A stretch of 64,000 nt of DNA from contig CALMGJ010000012.1 of NCBI GenBank assembly GCA_937863565.1, positions 124,001 to 188,000 of the forward strand. Reading direction: 5' to 3'. The translations under genes were made by a program, and so were the position numbers. Positions 27,516 through 37,696 of this stretch are shown in pieces. The DNA is from an uncultured bacterium (GTDB lineage: Bacteria > AUK180). The first letter of the stretch is position 1; each line of letters starts with the position of its first letter. The notes under the pieces were generated by a model that saw only the letters and a program-made list of their open reading frames with translations, did no database searches and was not told the DNA's origin.

Positions 27516-29321
27516 ATGAAAGAGAAGAATAAAAGGAAAGCGGATCTCGGTTGGCTGAAAATAGTGTTTCTAATAGTCATTGTGACGTCAGGCATATTCG
27601 CATACGGGAAGGTTGCCGGACTTATACGCAGCGGCATAAAGGCCGCTTTGGAATCATCCTTCAATGCTCCGGCCGAAGTATCGGCAGTGAAGTGGACCCC
27701 GATGAGCATAAGCATCGGAAGAATAGCCGTGGTCGGCGAGAATGCCGAAAAATACCTTTTCGTATTAAAAAAATTAAGGGCGGAGATCTCATTCAATCAT
27801 CTGATCAGAAAATCGCTTACTGTGAAGGATATCAACCTCGATCTTGATATGACGGAAAAAGTCCCGGAGGCTTCAAAACAGGCATACAGGGAAATACTGG
27901 CCAAGATGCAAGCGGAAAAAGAAGAGATAGAAAGGAAGAAAGAGGGCGAAAAACAGATCTCTGAGCAGAAGCAGGCGGACGTGAAGGAGGAGATCAAAAG
28001 GCTGTTCAGCGAATACATAAGTAAAAAACAGGCCGAGATAGATGATTTCCGCAAAAGTTCGGAAGGGATTGCGGCAAGATCCGTTGAAATAAAGAATGAG
28101 TCCGAAACTCTTATCCCCAAAATGGATAAAGCTAAAGAAGACCTCATTACCCTTGAACAGAACATAGAAAAGGCATATAAGGAAAAAGACGCTAAAAAGA
28201 TCACGGAGAAATTAAAAGAGATCGATGCCCAAAAGAAGACGCTCGATGCGCTAAAAAAAGAATCGGAAACGATTGTAAAGAAGATCTCTGAAGTCAAGAA
28301 AGAGATCGTCTCGACAAAGGAAGGGATAAGCGCCTATGTGAAGAATATCAAGGACAATTATAAAGAGATCATACTTGCCGATATCGGTTTTCTGAAAGAC
28401 CAGATCCCATCGCTTGCAAATATCTATGCGGGCAAAGATCTTCTATATCAGTACGGGAAACTAAAAAGCCTATATGAAAAAGTGATGATTATAAAGGCAA
28501 AACTCGGAAAAGACGAAGAGGATGAAAAAGAGGTTAAAAAGAAAAAGAAAAAAGCGGGTCGGGATCTCGTGTTCCCCTTAAGGTCGCCAATGCCGAAATT
28601 CTGGTTGATGAAAGGCCGTGCTGAAATAAGAACGGAAGAACTCGTCTTTAGAGGAGATCTTAAAAATATCACATCTTCCAATAAAGAGATCAATGCGCTC
28701 ACTGAAATACTTCTTCACGGACAAAAGAATACTTATGAAGTGGATGTGAACACATATTTTAACGATGAGAATTTCTACGGTGATATCAGCGCGAAGAACT
28801 TCACGATCAACGGAATGGACTTAAGTGTTGTGATACTTGGAAAGGCCTCAGTGAATTATAAATTGGAATATAAGATAGCGCCTGAGGGGGCCATTGATCT
28901 TAAAGCGGATATTTTCTCTGCTGAATATGAAGGGACCGGTCCGCTCTTTCAGTTGATAAGCAATATAAAGGAATTCTATCTCAATGCGTCCGGCGAGGAA
29001 AAAGAAGGCAAATGGATCATAAACGCTAAAAGCGATCTGGATGCGAAGGTGAGAGAGAACCTTGCTAAAGAACTTGCCGAAAAGAAGAAAGAGGCCGTAT
29101 CCTATGCGGAGAAGATGTTCGATGAATGGTATGAAAAGAATATCCCTGCCCAATACGATATTTTGGGGAAGAACTCCGATATGATATCGGGCCTTGCTGA
29201 TCCCGCGGAGCGTAAAAAAGCATTGGATAAACTATACTCGGACCTGAAAACAAAGGCGAACGGATATTTGGATGAATTGAAGAAAGGCGCGATAAATGAG
29301 GGGATAAAGAAATTGTTCTGA
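27516..29321 (+). CDS. TIGR03545-like protein (N-terminal anchor, long coiled coil)
   Basis: TM anchor, coiled-coil middle, GRDLVFP...PKFWL...GDLKNITS, SDLD motif; synteny with the TIGR03546-like gene. Confidence 0.7.
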   Translation: MKEKNKRKADLGWLKIVFLIVIVTSGIFAYGKVAGLIRSGIKAALESSFNAPAEVSAVKWTPMSISIGRIAVVGENAEKYLFVLKKLRAEISFNHLIRKSLTVKDINLDLDMTEKVPEASKQAYREILAKMQAEKEEIERKKEGEKQISEQKQADVKEEIKRLFSEYISKKQAEIDDFRKSSEGIAARSVEIKNESETLIPKMDKAKEDLITLEQNIEKAYKEKDAKKITEKLKEIDAQKKTLDALKKESETIVKKISEVKKEIVSTKEGISAYVKNIKDNYKEIILADIGFLKDQIPSLANIYAGKDLLYQYGKLKSLYEKVMIIKAKLGKDEEDEKEVKKKKKKAGRDLVFPLRSPMPKFWLMKGRAEIRTEELVFRGDLKNITSSNKEINALTEILLHGQKNTYEVDVNTYFNDENFYGDISAKNFTINGMDLSVVILGKASVNYKLEYKIAPEGAIDLKADIFSAEYEGTGPLFQLISNIKEFYLNASGEEKEGKWIINAKSDLDAKVRENLAKELAEKKKEAVSYAEKMFDEWYEKNIPAQYDILGKNSDMISGLADPAERKKALDKLYSDLKTKANGYLDELKKGAINEGIKKLF

Positions 29322-29324
29322 GCG

Positions 29325-29680
29325 GCAGCAATGAAAATGAAAAATGAATAGTGAAAAGTGAGAAGAGAGGATAGAGGTTGGAAGCTGGAGGTTAGAGTAT
29401 AGGGCGCGGCGCAGTGAAGAGAGTTGAAAGTTGAAAGTTGAGAGTCGGTCGAAACGAAGTGAAGAGAGAATACGGTAGATGGCATATTAGATCATTACAC
29501 AGTTAAAGGGTTAACGGGTTCAAATAAGGAATAATAATTTTAATAACTCGTTAACTCGCAGGCAAGCTTCTTGCCAACTCGTTAACCGTGTAATAGATAA
29601 TACTTTCATGTGCAACTCTTTAACTGAATGATAAAGCGAAGCGCATTGAACATTGAATAGTTAAAAGTGAATAGTGAGAA
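29325..29680 (+). repeat. Mosaic 7-mer/8-mer repeat tract
   Basis: AATGAAA/AGTGAAA/AGTTGAA units; 29502-29537 is 34/36 identical to 19547-19582; inverted AACTCGTTAACTCG units. Confidence 0.8.
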
Positions 29681-30893
29681 TAAGACAATGCTGAGGATGA
29701 AAAAAAGGAAAGAAAGGCCTGATCTGCTCCCATTGAGTGCAGAGGGGAAATCTTATATCCTTTTCAATCTTGCCCACACCTATCTGGCAGTATCCGATTA
29801 TGATAAAGCGGAAGAAGTGTTTTGGTCGGCGGTAAGGAACGCAGAAAAAAACAACGGGCAAAAAACAAAAGAGTATGCAGCTTCTTCATTATTTTATATA
29901 GGGCATATCTATTCTATAAAAAGGGATATCGAAACTGCAAGGAAGTGCATGAAAAGATCGACGCACCTGGCCGATTCGATAGGATATTCCGAGATATATG
30001 TAAAAAATATCATTGCGGATGCGATGATCGATCTTGACCTGGGTGAATACGCGTTATCTCTGGGTAAGATCGAGGCTCTAATGAAAAGGAAAGATGTAAG
30101 ACACGATGAACAGAATATTCTAAAGGTTTTTAATGCCAAGGCAACTGTGCTTTTATGGAAGGGCGAACCAAAGAGGGCCCTCCCGATATTTCTCAGGGCC
30201 TTGAAGATGTCGGAGAGCAGCGGAGACCGGTATTTCCGTTCCGCGCTTTACGATAATATCGGACAGACTTACAGTGATCTGGGTCAATATAAAAAAGCTC
30301 TCGAATACTATTTTCTTGCAGTGAGAACAGATGAAAGCTCGGGCAATCAGAGCGGTCTCATATCTGAATACACGAATATCGGAGTGGTCTATAAATTCCT
30401 GAACGACCCGAAAACCGCCCTCATTTATCTTAAAAAGGCCATGAATATCGTAAGAAGAACCGGCCACCTTAAAACGGAGCATATACTATACTGCAATATC
30501 GGAAGCATTCTTTACGATCTTGGCAAAATAGAGGAGGCCCGCGGGATCATCGAGAAAGCGCTTGCCCTTGCCCGTAAAGTAGGGGATAAAAATACGGAAG
30601 GCATCAATCTCGGGAATCTTGCCGGCGTTCTGGCTAAATGCGGTGACATGAAAGGCGCCCTTGATTGCCATTTGAAGGCAATGAAACTTCATAAAAAAAT
30701 TGATTTTAAGCAGGGGCTTGCCTATGACCTTATCAATGTTGCCGAGATCTTGAAGAGCAATGGCGATTTAAAAGGGTCCCTGGAATACTACAGGGAGGCC
30801 CGTTCGCTTATTGAAAAATATGGCGTGGTTGCTCCTGACTATGATGTGAACAGGTTAACGGAGATCATGAAGGAAATATCCAAAATGACGTAA
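29667..30893 (+). CDS. Tetratricopeptide repeat protein
   Basis: YDNIGQTY, YTNIGVVY, YCNIGSIL, LGNLAGVL repeats; start may be a downstream ATG (29688). Confidence 0.85.
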   Translation: MNSENKTMLRMKKRKERPDLLPLSAEGKSYILFNLAHTYLAVSDYDKAEEVFWSAVRNAEKNNGQKTKEYAASSLFYIGHIYSIKRDIETARKCMKRSTHLADSIGYSEIYVKNIIADAMIDLDLGEYALSLGKIEALMKRKDVRHDEQNILKVFNAKATVLLWKGEPKRALPIFLRALKMSESSGDRYFRSALYDNIGQTYSDLGQYKKALEYYFLAVRTDESSGNQSGLISEYTNIGVVYKFLNDPKTALIYLKKAMNIVRRTGHLKTEHILYCNIGSILYDLGKIEEARGIIEKALALARKVGDKNTEGINLGNLAGVLAKCGDMKGALDCHLKAMKLHKKIDFKQGLAYDLINVAEILKSNGDLKGSLEYYREARSLIEKYGVVAPDYDVNRLTEIMKEISKMT

Positions 30894-30904
30894 AACGGAA
30901 CCAG

Positions 30905-31306
30905 ATGAAGCTCTGGACGCTGCATCCCAAGTATCTCGATGCCAAGGGGCTTCTGGCAGTTTGGCGCGAGGGGTTACTTGCGAAAAAGGCGCTGCTGGGC
31001 AGAACGAAAGGATACATGCATCATCCGGAATTATTACGCTTCAAAAAAAGCGGCTCCCCTATCAAGGCGATCAATGCATTCCTTTATCGTATTTATCTCG
31101 AATCTTTGGAAAGAGGCTATAATTTCGATGCAAGCAAGATCAAAACAGAGAGAAATCCGGGGATGATCGCCGTTGCGCCGGAACAAGTATTATCCTAAGC
31201 AGAACATCTTCTTGGGAAATTGAAGGAGAGGGATAAAAGGAAGTACACAGAACTGAAAAGAACCAGGAAAATAAAGATCAATGAAATATTCAGATTATCA
31301 GGATAG
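30905..31306 (+). pseudogene. Pyrimidine-dimer DNA glycosylase / T4 endonuclease V-like, internal TAA at 31196-31198
   Basis: MKLWTLHPKYLDAKGLLAVWREGLLA...GYMHHPEL. The same frame continues past the TAA as AEHLLGKLKERDKRKY...IFRLSG to TAG 31306. Confidence 0.8.
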
Positions 31307-31326
31307 TAAAAGAAGGAATATATATC

Positions 31327-32469
31327 TCAGTTGCCGAGCGCTTCGAGCTTGGAGCGGTAGATCTCCTTATCAATAAAATCGACTTTCCCGGCGATATCGA
31401 GTATCGCCTTAAGGACCTTCCTTTGAAGCGGTTTATTATCCATTTGTTCGAGAAGCTCTAAGGCACCGTTGTAATTCTCATAAGCTTTTCCCCAATTGCA
31501 TAAAAGATCGTATGACTCAGCGATATTGAGCATTGTTTTTAAAACGGAAGCTTTATGACCTATTCCCATGTAAAGCGACAGAGCTCGCTTGAAGTACTTC
31601 AGCGCGATATCTTCACGTTTGAAACGGCTGTGGAAAACGGCTATATTGTTAAGCGTTGTAGCCTCCCCGTAAATGTCGCCGATCTCCCTTTGAATTGTAA
31701 GCGCTCTGCGAAAATACAAAAGTCCTTTTTTGCTCTCGCCGGTTTCAAGAAAGACTCTGGCAGTATTAATATAACTGTAAGAAGCCTCCTTTCTCAATCC
31801 GGTCTTAAGATAAAGATGCAAAGACCGCTCAAAGAGAGGAAGACTTTGAATAAACTCGCCTTTTCTTGCGTGGATCATCCCTATATTATTCAAGGTCTGC
31901 GCAATGCCGTGAAGCTCATTGATCCTCTCTCTTATCTCGAGAGACTTTTGGTAGAATTCACTCGCCTTAACGTGATCATTCTTATAAGCATGGACGTATC
32001 CGATATTATTGTAAACGGTAGCAAGAAAAGAAGTGTAGGAAGAAAGATCCCCATTTTTTACAGCCTGCTCATAGGCGGGTTCCAAGTAGTGCACGCATTT
32101 CATCAGGTATTCCAATTCAAGGTCGAGCTTTCCCATGATCCCGTGATAAAAGCCGATAAGATGATATGCTTTCGTTGCTTCCTTGTAGAGTTTCAGTTTT
32201 TCATATATTGCGCAAGCTTCAACTACGGCATCTTTCATCTCCTTGTATCTTCCCGAGGCCTCATAAATGGTCCCTGCGTGCACGAGAATATTGGCAAGAT
32301 TGTTCATATCCGGTAATTTACGGCTGCGTACAAGCGCTTCCGAAATGTCGGCGATAGCTTCCGCGAACTGCCCGATATGGAGATGAACGAATGCCCGGTC
32401 AGAGTAGACGACGATAATGCCATATTCCGGCGGAAGGTCTGTGGCGCTTTCCTGCAAGTTGTTTCCCAT
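31327..32469 (-). CDS. Tetratricopeptide repeat protein
   Basis: YNNIGYVH, LNNIGMIH, LNNIAVFH repeats. Confidence 0.85.
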   Translation of the reverse strand: MGNNLQESATDLPPEYGIIVVYSDRAFVHLHIGQFAEAIADISEALVRSRKLPDMNNLANILVHAGTIYEASGRYKEMKDAVVEACAIYEKLKLYKEATKAYHLIGFYHGIMGKLDLELEYLMKCVHYLEPAYEQAVKNGDLSSYTSFLATVYNNIGYVHAYKNDHVKASEFYQKSLEIRERINELHGIAQTLNNIGMIHARKGEFIQSLPLFERSLHLYLKTGLRKEASYSYINTARVFLETGESKKGLLYFRRALTIQREIGDIYGEATTLNNIAVFHSRFKREDIALKYFKRALSLYMGIGHKASVLKTMLNIAESYDLLCNWGKAYENYNGALELLEQMDNKPLQRKVLKAILDIAGKVDFIDKEIYRSKLEALGN

Positions 32470-32578
32470 ATAATTGAATAATACGGTAAAACCGGATCGC
32501 AGTCAAGCGAAAAATGTTTTCTAAAAAACGCCGTCTGTGATATACTCTTAAAACGAATAAAATATAAGGGAGAAGAAT

Positions 32579-33898
32579 ATGGAAATGGAAAGAAGGGAAT
32601 TTAAAGAGTTGAAAACCAAGAATGTTAAGTTCATCCGGCCTTTGATGACCGACATACTCGGCAATATGCTAGATTTCACTATCCCGATCGACGAAGGACC
32701 GTCAATGGTCAAGAACGGCAAAGGATTTGACGGATCATCGATCGAAGGTTTTGCCAGAACGGAGGAAAGCGACCTCAGATTCGACCCCGACATGGAAACC
32801 GTGACCGTTCTTCCTTGGGAATATAAAACAGAGGATTATACATGGCGCGAAGCGATCCTGTTCGGTAGGATCCTTGATTCGAACTGCGTTGAATATGCAG
32901 GCGATACGAGGGGGTTTTTGAAGAATATTCTGGATAAATATGCCGATATAGGGGCAATGAAATGCGGTGCCGAACTTGAATTTTTCGTATTCGAGAACAA
33001 TAGAACACCATCCCATACGGATGACGGAGGATATTTCCGTTCCGGTGCATTCGGTGAGATCAGAAAAGAATCTCAGCTGATGCTGAACGAGATGGGGATA
33101 AAAACTGAATTCGACCACCATGAAGTATCGCCGAGCCAGCATGAAGTGGATCTTGTTTATGATGACGCAATGAAGATGGCGGACAAGATAATCTTGAGTA
33201 AATATGTGATCAAGAAGATCGCCAGGAAATTCGGAGCCCATGCTTCTTTCATGCCGAAACCCATATCCAATATCAACGGGAACGGAATGCATGTGCATAT
33301 ATCGCTCTGGAAGAACGGCCGGAACCTTTTCTTCGATGAAACAAAGAAGGGGCTCAGCGATATGGCGAGATCTTATATAGCCGGACTTATCAAGTACGGA
33401 AAGGAGATACAGGTAACACTGAACCAGTGGATAAACTCATATAAAAGACTTACTCCGGGCTATGAGGCCCCTACCTATCTGGTTTGGGGAACGAAGAACC
33501 GCTCCGCGTATATCAGGATCCCTGAATACCTTAAAGGGAATGAAAGCGCTACGAGAATCGAGGTCAGAAGCCCCGACCCGGCCTGCAATCCGTATCTTGC
33601 TCTTGCCATGGTCCATGCGGCGGGCATGAAGGGCATTGAAGAAAAACTTGAACCTGCAGCTGCGATCGAACGCGATGTTTTCCATATGAGCGCTGATGAG
33701 CGTAAAGCGATAGGGATTCAGGAACTCTCCGCATCGATATTCGAAGCGCTGGAGTTGTTCGAGCGAAGCGAATTCGTAAGATCCGTTCTGCCTGAGCATA
33801 TATACAAGAAACTGCTCGAGAACAAGAAAATAGAGTGCGCGAATTTCAATAGATATGTGACCGACTACGAGATAAAGAACTATTACAGTACGCTGTGA
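32579..33898 (+). CDS. glnA: Glutamine synthetase type I
   Basis: FDGSSIEGF, GAELEFF, HHEVSPSQHE, FMPKP, NGNGMHVH, NRSAYIRIP, RIEVRSPDPACNPYL. Confidence 0.95.
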   Translation: MEMERREFKELKTKNVKFIRPLMTDILGNMLDFTIPIDEGPSMVKNGKGFDGSSIEGFARTEESDLRFDPDMETVTVLPWEYKTEDYTWREAILFGRILDSNCVEYAGDTRGFLKNILDKYADIGAMKCGAELEFFVFENNRTPSHTDDGGYFRSGAFGEIRKESQLMLNEMGIKTEFDHHEVSPSQHEVDLVYDDAMKMADKIILSKYVIKKIARKFGAHASFMPKPISNINGNGMHVHISLWKNGRNLFFDETKKGLSDMARSYIAGLIKYGKEIQVTLNQWINSYKRLTPGYEAPTYLVWGTKNRSAYIRIPEYLKGNESATRIEVRSPDPACNPYLALAMVHAAGMKGIEEKLEPAAAIERDVFHMSADERKAIGIQELSASIFEALELFERSEFVRSVLPEHIYKKLLENKKIECANFNRYVTDYEIKNYYSTL

Positions 33899-33899
33899 A

Positions 33900-33980
33900 G
33901 AAGTGAATAATGAACAATGAAGAATGAGGAATGCGAAGAAGAGGCTTGGAGCGAAAAGAAGTGAACAGCGAAAAGTGGAA
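33900..33980 (+). repeat. Heptamer repeat tract
   Basis: AGTGAAT AATGAAC AATGAAG AATGAGG ... AGTGAAC AGCGAAA AGTGGAA. Confidence 0.7.
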
Positions 33981-34184
33981 TAGGGGGCGGTCTAACTTCA
34001 GCAGGCCGGGAAAAGCTGTAGTAAATTAATGTAATAAGGATGATTTTCCGGAGAAAGATAGGAATATTCGAAAGAACCAAAAGATAAGAAATGTCCTGAA
34101 AAGTGGAATATTTTTCAAAAAAACGGCCCTATTTCTTAAAAAATCATTGATATATTTTCAATTTATGCTACAATGTTTACTTAC

Positions 34185-34257
34185 GGGCCTGTAGCTCAAT
34201 TGGTAGAGCTCCCGGCTCATAACCGGGTGGTAGTAGGTTCGAATCCTACCGGGCCCA
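34185..34257 (+). tRNA. tRNA with CAT anticodon, most likely tRNA-Ile2; CCA not encoded
   Basis: GGGCCTGTAGCTCAATTGGTAGAGCT-CCCGG-CTCATAA-CCGGG...GGTTCGAATCC...CGGGCCCA. G1-C72 is paired (not initiator) and the GGCTCATAACC arm is Ile2-like. Promoter TTGATA-N16-TACAAT at 34147-34174. Confidence 0.9.
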
Positions 34258-34322
34258 TTAAAAAAAAGAAGGTACCCGTATGAACGGAAAAAAAGTTTAT
34301 TTAATCATAAAAGGGGAAGTGG

Positions 34323-35045
34323 ATGGTCGCGAACAAAATTGCGGATATTCTCTCTGTACTCTACCAAGTTAAAGAGATCAACGATAAGATCTCTTCGCAT
34401 TTAGCAAAGAAGGATGCTCTTTTAGTCAATGTTAATAAATACGAGGAAGAACTGAAGAAGTTAGAAGAAGAGTATGCCGATAAAGAAGAAGAAAAGAAAA
34501 AGAAGCACAAGAAACAAAAGGACCTCGAAGCCCAAGTGGCTAAATACGAAACGGACATCCTTAACCTTGAAGGCTCGCGCACCAGCATTAAAACTAATGA
34601 TGAATATTTCAAACTGATCGAAAAGATCGATCACCTTAAAAACCAGAAAGACGAAACGGAACTCCAGATCCTCACTATCATGGAGGAGTTCGAGGAATAT
34701 CAGAGGATATTCAAGGAACTTGAAACAAAAAAGAACTCCAGCGTCAAGAAGATCAATGAAGAACTTTCCAAGATAAAAAACGAGATAGAGACTTGCGACA
34801 GCGAACTTGGCGGATTATACAAGGACAAAGAGGACAATATTGCCGAGCTTTCCGATAAGGTCAAACAGACCTACCTTAAACTCGAACAGAGATATCCGAA
34901 CGACCCGATCACTTTTTTACACGACAATACTTGTACCGGATGCAATATGAGCGTTCCTCCCCAGGTGCAGGTGAATATTAAAATGGCGGAGAAACTCGAG
35001 AACTGCCAGAATTGCGGAAGATACCTCCTTGTAAAAAAGGAATAG
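34323..35045 (+). CDS. Coiled-coil protein with C4-type zinc ribbon (DUF164/CdsZ-like)
   Basis: Long coiled coil, CTGCNMSVPPQ...CQNCGRYL. Confidence 0.85.
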   Translation: MVANKIADILSVLYQVKEINDKISSHLAKKDALLVNVNKYEEELKKLEEEYADKEEEKKKKHKKQKDLEAQVAKYETDILNLEGSRTSIKTNDEYFKLIEKIDHLKNQKDETELQILTIMEEFEEYQRIFKELETKKNSSVKKINEELSKIKNEIETCDSELGGLYKDKEDNIAELSDKVKQTYLKLEQRYPNDPITFLHDNTCTGCNMSVPPQVQVNIKMAEKLENCQNCGRYLLVKKE

Positions 35046-35087
35046 AACTAAGCCCCGCACCGAAAGGTTCAGCGGAGGAGGTTATAT

Positions 35088-35348
35088 ATGAGAAAGAACG
35101 TGGGAAAAACTGACATCGTAATACGGGTGATCCTGAGTGCGGCATTCATAGCGCTGGCCCTTTACCTGAACATCTGGCTGATACTGATCGTTCCGGCCAT
35201 CCTTCTTGCGACGGCCATCTTTAGATTCTGCCCGCTGTACGCGATCTTCGGAATTAAAACATCCCGGCCTTGCTGCGGAAAAAGCGGCACTGAAGAACAC
35301 AAAGAAGAAGGCGGCTGCGGCTGCGGCTGCCATGGGAAGAATGGCTAA
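35088..35348 (+). CDS. DUF2892 (YgaP-like) membrane protein with Cys-rich tail
   Basis: MRKNVGKTDIVIR...FCPLYAIFGIKT. Confidence 0.85.
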   Translation: MRKNVGKTDIVIRVILSAAFIALALYLNIWLILIVPAILLATAIFRFCPLYAIFGIKTSRPCCGKSGTEEHKEEGGCGCGCHGKNG

Positions 35349-35655
35349 ATACCTGATGGTCATCACGACCTCATCGGAGAAGACCGATCTCCAGCGTTTA
35401 TCGAGAGATCTTCTCGATAAAAGATACGCGGCATGCGTGCAGATATTCGGCAATATAGAAAGCAGCTATATTTTTAAAGACAAAGTTGAATTCTCGAAGG
35501 AATGGATCTGCTTCATAAAAACGAAAAGGGCAATGTATAAAAAAGTCGAAGCAGTGATAAAAGCCAATCATTCCTATGAAATACCGGAAATAATCGCCAT
35601 TCCCATTGAAACGGGTTTCCCACCCTATTTCGATTGGATCGATTCCGTCATCTGA
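35341..35655 (+). CDS. cutA: Divalent-cation tolerance protein CutA
   Basis: YAACVQI...SSYIF...IKT...HSYEIPEII; start at ATG 35341. Confidence 0.9.
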   Translation: MAKYLMVITTSSEKTDLQRLSRDLLDKRYAACVQIFGNIESSYIFKDKVEFSKEWICFIKTKRAMYKKVEAVIKANHSYEIPEIIAIPIETGFPPYFDWIDSVI

Positions 35656-36306
35656 TCAGCGGCTGCGCTCGACACCGATCTTGGGGCATAGGCCATCGAC
35701 AGGACATTTCGAACATTCAGGAGAAACGGGTTTGCAGAGAGCCTGCCCCATCTTCACGAGCATTTCATTATATTCCTTCCAGTATTTCTTCGGGAGAAAT
35801 TCCTTGAGAGCCATCTCGGTCTCATCCGGAGTTTTCGTCATCACAAAACCGAGCCGGTTGGAGATCCTGTGAACATGTGTATCGACACAGATGCCGTATT
35901 CGTCGAAGGCCTCGATGAGAACAAGATTGGCCGTCTTGCGTCCCACGCCGGGAAGTGCGAGGAGAGCATCCATGTCGTTCGGGACTTTTCCGCCGTGCTT
36001 TTCAATGAGGATGCGCGAAACCTCTTTGATACCTGCGGCCTTCCTTCGGAAGAATCCGACCGGGAATATGATACGCTCCAGCTCTTTTTGGGGTACGGCA
36101 ATGACCTCTTCAGGAGTGGATGCTCTGGAGAAAAGCCGGATGGACGCCTCAAGGGTGACCTTGTCTTTTGTGCGAAGGGATAGAAGAGTGGATATAAGGA
36201 TCTTGAACGGATCATTGTCCCGGTGCGCAATAAGCGTTACAACAGGCGTTAGCAATTTAAGGGATTCCTTTCTCAGAATAGCTATGATCCGGTCCGTTCT
36301 ATTCAT
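35656..36306 (-). CDS. nth: Endonuclease III
   Basis: LLSLRTKD, Hh[18 protein letters not shown], Fe-[18 protein letters not shown]. Confidence 0.95.
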   Translation of the reverse strand: MNRTDRIIAILRKESLKLLTPVVTLIAHRDNDPFKILISTLLSLRTKDKVTLEASIRLFSRASTPEEVIAVPQKELERIIFPVGFFRRKAAGIKEVSRILIEKHGGKVPNDMDALLALPGVGRKTANLVLIEAFDEYGICVDTHVHRISNRLGFVMTKTPDETEMALKEFLPKKYWKEYNEMLVKMGQALCKPVSPECSKCPVDGLCPKIGVERSR

Positions 36307-36385
36307 AAGAGATTATACTGTAAATTATATTATTTCACGTAACTTTTTGCTTTTTGCATCGTTTTATTGTTAAAGAGGTAAAAAT

Positions 36386-37696
36386 ATGCGGACCATACGT
36401 ATCCTACTGATACTTCTCGCTGCGATCGGTTCGGCCCCGGCCTTTCCTGAAAAAGACCTGAACGCTCTTTATGAACATGCACTGAAAAAGAGCGATTCTG
36501 TTAAAACTGCGCGTTTGAATTATGAGCGTTGCCGCCTTTTAGCTCGCCGCGCCGTCTCGGATCTCCTTCCCTCGCTCAGCCTGGGCAGCGGCCTTTCTCA
36601 AAGCTGGTCATCCGAAAGTGATTATGCGCCTTCATCCGAGAACGGTTCATTCTCGGCCGATATCTCCTTTAATCTCAAGCTTCTGGACGGTTTCAGCAAT
36701 ATCTATGCTTTGAAGAATGCACGGCTCGAGCTCGAGAGCGCCGAAATAGCGCTCAGGGAGAGTATGCAATCCATCTTCACCGCTACGGCGGAATGTTATC
36801 TTGACATTCTTTACAATGCGGAGACAATCAAATATTTCGAAGAGCAAAAGGCTGTGCTCGAGACCCGGAAGAAAGAAGCTGAAAAGCTCATTGAACTGGG
36901 CCTTGGGATCGCAAGCGACATGCTTACCGTGGACATCGACCTTCTCGGCAATGACAGAGAACTCATGGCCGCCGGGAATGCTTACTCGAAAAGCGTTCTT
37001 CTTATGACGAAGCTCACCGGTCTGAACGAGGATTCATTAAAAGGCCTTAGGGACGAAGTCACCCTTGAAGAGATCGGAAAGATCGCAGGCCTGCCGCAAG
37101 AGCTAGATTATGATACGCTCTGGAATAATGCCCTTGAAAAAAGACCCGATATCGCAAAGAAGAACATTGATCTTACGATGTCCCGGAACAGTGTAAAAAC
37201 ATCTTCTGCCATTTTCTTCCCGACTATTTCCGCCGGCGGCGGATATTCGGTCTCCGGCGAGAATTTCACGGCAGACAGAAGAGGATTCTCTGCCAGGGTC
37301 TCTCTGGATATCCCCATCATTTCGAATGCATGGAAGAACATTTTGAACATTATGATCAATAAAAACGGACTGGAATCCAAACGTGTGGAATTGAACGCTC
37401 TTCTTGACGATGCCGCATACGAGATACGGGCATGCCTTATGAACTATGAAGAATCGCTCAAGGGTTTGGAGATCTCAACGGCCACCTTGGAAAAATCAAG
37501 AATAACCCTCTCCATATCCAAAGAGAAATATTCACTGGGAGGGATCAAGCTTCTCGACCTTCAGCAAGTCGAACTGAACTATAAGAACTCGATGAACACT
37601 CTTCTTAAAGATAAATACCAGCTGATGAAGAATATATTGCTGCTCTCGGCCGCAGCCGGATATTTGATGGATATCGGAGGGATCGATGAAAAATAA
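36386..37696 (+). CDS. TolC family outer-membrane efflux protein
   Basis: Signal peptide, duplicated OEP pattern (LLPSLSLG / FFPTISAG, RPDI), operonic with MacAB-like genes. Confidence 0.85.
   Translation: MRTIRILLILLAAIGSAPAFPEKDLNALYEHALKKSDSVKTARLNYERCRLLARRAVSDLLPSLSLGSGLSQSWSSESDYAPSSENGSFSADISFNLKLLDGFSNIYALKNARLELESAEIALRESMQSIFTATAECYLDILYNAETIKYFEEQKAVLETRKKEAEKLIELGLGIASDMLTVDIDLLGNDRELMAAGNAYSKSVLLMTKLTGLNEDSLKGLRDEVTLEEIGKIAGLPQELDYDTLWNNALEKRPDIAKKNIDLTMSRNSVKTSSAIFFPTISAGGGYSVSGENFTADRRGFSARVSLDIPIISNAWKNILNIMINKNGLESKRVELNALLDDAAYEIRACLMNYEESLKGLEISTATLEKSRITLSISKEKYSLGGIKLLDLQQVELNYKNSMNTLLKDKYQLMKNILLLSAAAGYLMDIGGIDEK

Noticed and set aside
20739-32469. Diversity-generating retroelement acting on TPR genes
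   Set aside because: No reverse transcriptase and no template/variable repeat pair with adenine-specific differences was seen.
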